From the human T2T-CHM13v2.0 reference genome, Homo sapiens, in NCBI RefSeq assembly GCF_009914755.1, contig NC_060943.1: a stretch of 64,000 bases of DNA; one strand, written 5' to 3'. The notes under the pieces were generated by a model that made no database searches, was not told the origin of the DNA, and worked only from the letters and a program-made list of their open reading frames with translations. Below are positions 54,742 to 64,000 of the stretch, piece after piece. The translations under genes were made by a program, and so were the position numbers. Each line of letters starts with the position of its first letter. Position 1 is the stretch's first letter.

Positions 54742-55338
54742 AGTCTTTGTCCATTTCATGCTTCTATAAAAGAATACCACAGACTGCATAATTTATAAAA
54801 AGGAAAAAAGGAAGGAAAGAAAAAAGGAAGGGAGGAGGGAAGGAGGGAAAAAGGGAAGGAGGGAAGGAAAGGAAGGAAGGGAAAGAAGGAAAGGAAGGAA
54901 GGGAAAGAGAGAAAGAGGGAAGGAGGAAGGGAGGGAAGGAGGGAGGGAGGGAGAGAGAGAGGGAGGGAGGGGAAGGGAAGAAAAGGGAAGAGAAGGGAAA
55001 GGAGGAAGAAAAGGAAAGGAAAGGAATAAATTTTATTTCTTAACAGTTCTGGATGTTAGGAAGTCCAAGGTTGAGGGGCCTGCATCTGGTAAGGGTCTTC
55101 TTGCTGCATCATCCCACTACAGAAGGCAGAAGGAAAAGAGAGTGCAAGAAAGCAAGAGGGCAAAAGGGGCTGAACTCTGTTTTATAATAAGCCCACTCTG
55201 TGATTACTAATCTATTACCACAATAACAACATTAACTCATTCATGAAGGCTATTTTATTAGGCCCCACATCCCAACTGTTGCATTGAGGATTGAGTTTCC
55301 AGCACATAAACTTTGGGGGACACATTTAAACCATAGCA
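54742..55338 (-). mobile_element. MST-family MaLR LTR (MSTB/C-like) split by a purine tract
   Basis: GAAGTCCAAGGTTGAGGGGCCTGCATCTGGT...TTTGGGGGACACATTTAAACCATAGCA. Confidence 0.8.
54797..55026. repeat. 230-bp pure purine (GGAA/GGGA/GA) tract
   Basis: No pyrimidine on the plus strand across the interval. Confidence 0.95.
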
Positions 55339-56374
55339 GAGCACTTAGGTTAATTCAACTAAGAGGAGCTGGGAAAATCAAAGGCATGAGAAAGACAGCA
55401 AAAGCTAGCAGAGAGAAATGCATAGGTTAAGGAAAAAAGTCACAGTGAATCCTGTAGTGCAGGCTACTTTATCAAAAGCACCTAAAAAAGATCTCATTAA
55501 CTCCCCCAGCTCACCTCCACGCACATCTAAAGAGCCACACACAGCACCACCAAAGGCAGCACAATGAGAACAGCATTCTCCTCAACAGACAAGCTGGGAG
55601 TATCTAGACACCTGACCTCAATAGCTCCAGAACAGCCCTAAAACATTTCCTCCCTAACCACCACTCAAGTCACCAGCTTGGAAAGTATTAAGAAAACCCA
55701 AATCCTGACACACCACTATGAAACAACTTAAAACAGCAAAGAACAACCCATTTAAACAGCAATGCCAGCTGCTGGGAAAAAAAGGAACAATGAGTAGAGG
55801 AGAAACAGACCTCTCGGGGTCCACCAAGACCCAGTCTCTCAGCTTCAGCACTTTTAAATGCAGAATCCATATCCCTCTGGGGCCTGTGGAGCTCCACAAG
55901 GCATGTCGTCCTCAAAGATAAATGAGCACGCAAGCTGGCTAGAAAACCACTAAGGGTATTTATTCTTTAAAGAATCTTTACAGGGTCAAAGAAGAATGGG
56001 TCCTAACTGGCTATGTGAACTCCCCACAGATTCTGAGGATGATGTCAGTATCCCTTTCCAGATGTGTTTAACACTTTGCAGTCACTTGTATTCCTGCCAC
56101 TGAGTGCCAGTGCTTTGCTAATTTGAACTGATTCCAGCTCACGCTGACCCCAGCTCCCTGGATGTTACCATTAGCCAAGACTGTCACCCATACTGTACCC
56201 TTTCAAAGAGTCCTAAAAACAGCTCTTCACCTACTCTTCCAAGACAAGTAAAAATGACTGCCAAAGAAATGGGGAAAAAAGATTCAGAGAGTGAAAACAA
56301 TTAATATACTAACAAGAGAGCAAAAAGCAAAGGGGGAGGAGAAACTAGGAAAATCATATATGGGCTCTCACCTA

Positions 56375-56795
<421 letters not shown>

Positions 56796-56889
56796 TCAGA
56801 CTTAATTAAATACAACCCTAGTGGTGAATGACTAAAAATGGATTACTCATAACAGAGATAACGGTCCAATAAGAATCCAGGAATCTTAC

Positions 56890-60796
<3,907 letters not shown>

Positions 60797-61545
60797 CTGA
60801 AAACCAAGCAAAAGTTGCTTCTCAATAACACGTCCCTATGTCAGAGCAGCACTAACGTATAATGACTGATGTCATATATTTTACATTCTAACAGTCCATA
60901 TCATTTTACTGCTTTCAAGAAAAAATTTCCCCTTCTTGGTGGTTCTTAGAATTGGTTTAATGGGAGACTATTAGAGAAGCTGAAAAGCAGGAGGGCAGAA
61001 AAGTTCAATCAAATTAAACACAATAACAGGGAGGTCACAATGAGGCGGTCTCCAGGGGTCTTTTAGCAAACTTCCTAAAACATGTCTCAGCTGTGTGAAA
61101 TAAGACTTTACAGCAGCCGGGTGCAGTGGTGCAGGCCTGTAATCCCAGCACTTTGGCAGCAGAGGCAGGCGGATCACTTTGAGCTCAGGGCAACATAGCC
61201 AAAACCCCCCTCCCTAGCCCCACCCCCACCCCGTCCCTACCAAAAATACAAAACAGCAGGGCATGGTGGCGGGCGCCTGTAGTCCCAGCTACTCAGGAGG
61301 CTGAGGCAGGAGAATCACCTGAACCCAGGAGGCAGACATTGCAGTGAGCCAAGATCACGCCACTGCCAGCCTGGATGACAGAGCAAGACTCCACCTCAAA
61401 AAAAACAAAAACAAAAACACAAGGTTAAGAGGGACCCCCGACCTTACAGATACAAGTTTAAGAGGGACCCCTAAGCAAAAAATGCCAACCCTTTTTCTCC
61501 CAATCATTGAAACACCAGGAGGGTGTAACAGTTTTGCAGCCTAGC

Positions 61546-61975
61546 TGTAGCAGGCTGATGCCCCCAAGATGCCCATATCCTAATCCCGGGAACTGGTGAA
61601 CATGACCTTATATGGCAAAAGGAGCTTTGCAGATATAATGAAGTTAAGGGTCTTTGGCTTTTGGGGTTGATGTACTCACTCGGATCCTTGTAAGAGCAGA
61701 GCAGGTGATGGAGAGGGTGGGAGGTGTAGTGACAGAAGCAGGAAACTCCAGTCATTCGAGACGGGCAGCACAGGCTGAGGAGTGCAGGCCACCTCTACGG
61801 CCAGGAAACAGATTCTCCCGCAGAGCCTCGGAAGCTACCGACCCTGCTCCCACCTTGACTCAGTAGGACTTACTGTAGAATTCTGGCCTTCAGACCTGTA
61901 AGGGAATACATTTTGGTTGTTTTAAGTCACTAAGTGTGTGGTAATTTGTTGCAGCAGCCACAGGAAACTAGTATT
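61546..61975 (+). mobile_element. MLT1C/D-like LTR containing a candidate antisense exon at 61895-61680
   Basis: CCCCAAGATGCCCATATCCTAATCCC...GGTAATTTGTTGCAGCAGCCACAGGAAACTA; minus-strand acceptor TTCCCTTACAG and donor GA|GTGAGT. Confidence 0.75.
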
Positions 61976-63185
61976 GTAGTGAAGCCTCAAAACCCCCTGA
62001 AGGGGCTGGGCTCAGTGGCTCATGCCTGTAATCCCAGCACTTTGGGAGGCCGAGATGGGTGGATCACTTGAGGTCAGGAGTTCGAGACCAGCCCAGCCAA
62101 CATGGTGAAATGCCATCTATACAAAAAATACAAAAACTAGCCGGGCATGGTGGCACATGCCTGTAATCTCAGCTACTCAGGAGGCTGAGACAGGAGAATT
62201 GTTTGAACCCAGGGGGGCAGAGGTTGCAGTGAACTGAGATTCCACCACTGCACTCCAGCCTGGGTGACAGAGCGACGCTCCATCTCGAAAACAAAACAAA
62301 ACAAAAAAACCCCACCTGAAGGTTTCCAGTTCTGCCAGCACTCTCCCACCCAACCCCCAGAAACAGACATTCCATTGCTGTGGGCCATGGACAGGCAGAA
62401 GGAAGCACCTCCTCATGGCAGAGGCCTACCCAGGAGAAACCCAAGGGAAGGCACTGCTGGGCTGGCCCCTCTCTGCCAAGGCCATATTCTTTTTTTTTTT
62501 TTTTTGAGGCCAGTTTCACTCTGTCTCCCAGACTGGAGTGCAGGGGCACAATCTCGGCTCACTTCGACCTCTGCCTCCCCAGTTCAAGTGATTCTCCTGC
62601 CTCAGTCTCCTGAGTAGCTGGGATGACAGGAGTGTAGCATGCCTAGCTAATTTTTGTATTTCTAGTAGAGATGCGGTTTTGCCATGTTGCCCAGGCTGGA
62701 CTCGAACTCCTTGCCTCAAGCAGTCCACCTGTCTCAGCCCCGCAAAGTGCTGGTATTACAGGAGTGAGCCACTGCACCCAGCATTTGCCAAGACCTTTGA
62801 TGGCAGGCTTTTTCCAGGTGATCAGTCCTTGTCTGGTCTGGCTCTGCCCCACTCTCCTTCTCACCTAGTTGGAATCCCTAGCTACTTTTCAGTAGAGGAG
62901 AGTGTGTACCCCAATCCCAGCTTGGTTCAGATCTGCATTTAAGTCATGGAACCTGGCTGCTCCCCAGGTCCTGAAGAAAAAAACGGTCTCTCTGTGGGTA
63001 TGATAAAGGATGGGCCTGTCCCCAGGACCCTGTGAGAGGGAAGCCCAATGTCCCACCAGGTTGGCAGGGCTGGGGAAGGGAAAGTGTTATGGCAGCCCCA
63101 AGAAAAAAAAGAGGCAGCAGAGGGAGCAGGACAGCGCTCACATGGAACTCATGCCACTGCCTGAGGGGAGGGAGGAGTGCACGCC

Positions 63186-63250
63186 AGTGACGTCAGGGGG
63201 CAGAGAGGCGCAGTTCCAGGGCGGCTTTCCCCCTCACTTCCTGCCATGTT
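63186..63250. promoter_or_regulatory. Candidate enhancer or promoter motifs (CRE and ETS)
   Basis: TGACGTCA at 63188-63195 and ACTTCCTG at 63236-63243 in a locally GC-rich non-Alu stretch; motif evidence only. Confidence 0.3.
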
Positions 63251-63591
63251 ACTCTGATCGCCTCCAGGTGAGCCTGCCCACTTTGTGCCCAGGGGCCTGT
63301 AGAAAACCACAGCTCCCCATGGTTATGGCCCCAGGAGTGGGGCAGAGCAGGGAGGAGTCCTGGACAGAGGAGAGGAAGGGGCAGGAGGGAGTGGGCCTCA
63401 AACTCCAGGAGGGGGCCCTTCTCATGGGTCCTGCTTTCTGGCTTCTCCTTCCTTACCCCTGGGCTGATCACTTGGGGAAGAACTGAGACAAAGTTTCTCA
63501 CCCTCAGGCCCAAAGGGTTTAATTACTGGGCCCTTAGGGAGGTGTGAGCCCCCTGAAAGGATGCAAGGTTTGGTTTTGTTTTGTTTTTTGA

Positions 63592-63792
<201 letters not shown>

Positions 63793-64000
63793 TGAACTCC
63801 TGACCTCAGGTGATCCGACTGGCTCCGCCTCCCAAAGTTCTGGGATCACATCAGCCACTGTGCTTGGCCACGATGAAAGGTTTTGTGTGGAGAGCATGTA
63901 CATGCCTTTCTGGGAAAACAGTCCACAGCTCTTATTCTCAGCAGGCTTCACGGTGAAAAAAGGTTAGAACTCTTGCTACAGAGCTGTGGAAGCAGCCAGG

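Noticed and set aside
63010-63486. 158-aa ORF
   Set aside because: No recognisable homology; length plausible by chance in GC-rich sequence

Overview
Human (or great-ape) subtelomeric-type segmental-duplication mosaic; no intact protein-coding gene. Which paralogous chromosome it comes from cannot be told from sequence alone. 1-16 kb: AT-rich, TE-dense DNA (Alu, L1, L2, MaLR LTRs) with a 30-bp AT minisatellite and a perfect 100-bp spacer-less palindrome. 16-24.3 kb: the SEPTIN14 terminal exon with intact acceptor (minus strand) and, in its upstream intron, a rearranged processed CIC (capicua) pseudogene (plus strand) with a large deletion, inversions and triplication. 24.4-28.9 kb: a GC-rich degenerate repeat flanking a ~2.1-kb 48/49-bp VNTR; this fits my recollection of the teucer/ajax parts of the TELO_Comp composite repeat. 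28.7-51 kb: old and recent internal duplications with reciprocal filled/empty insertion sites (U6 retrocopy, MER11 LTR, Alus). 56.9-61.9 kb: unprocessed GTF2I/GTF2IRD2-derived exons in permuted order plus an exonised MLT1. Best leads: (1) a possible in-frame spliced chimera between the inverted CIC segment and the SEPTIN14 coiled-coil exon; (2) the VNTR seems to have expanded inside a fold-back palindrome; (3) template-switch scrambling of the CIC retrocopy; (4) permuted GTF2I exon order. Repeat subfamilies and gene homologies are recognised from memory, not from a search; TE boundaries are approximate.
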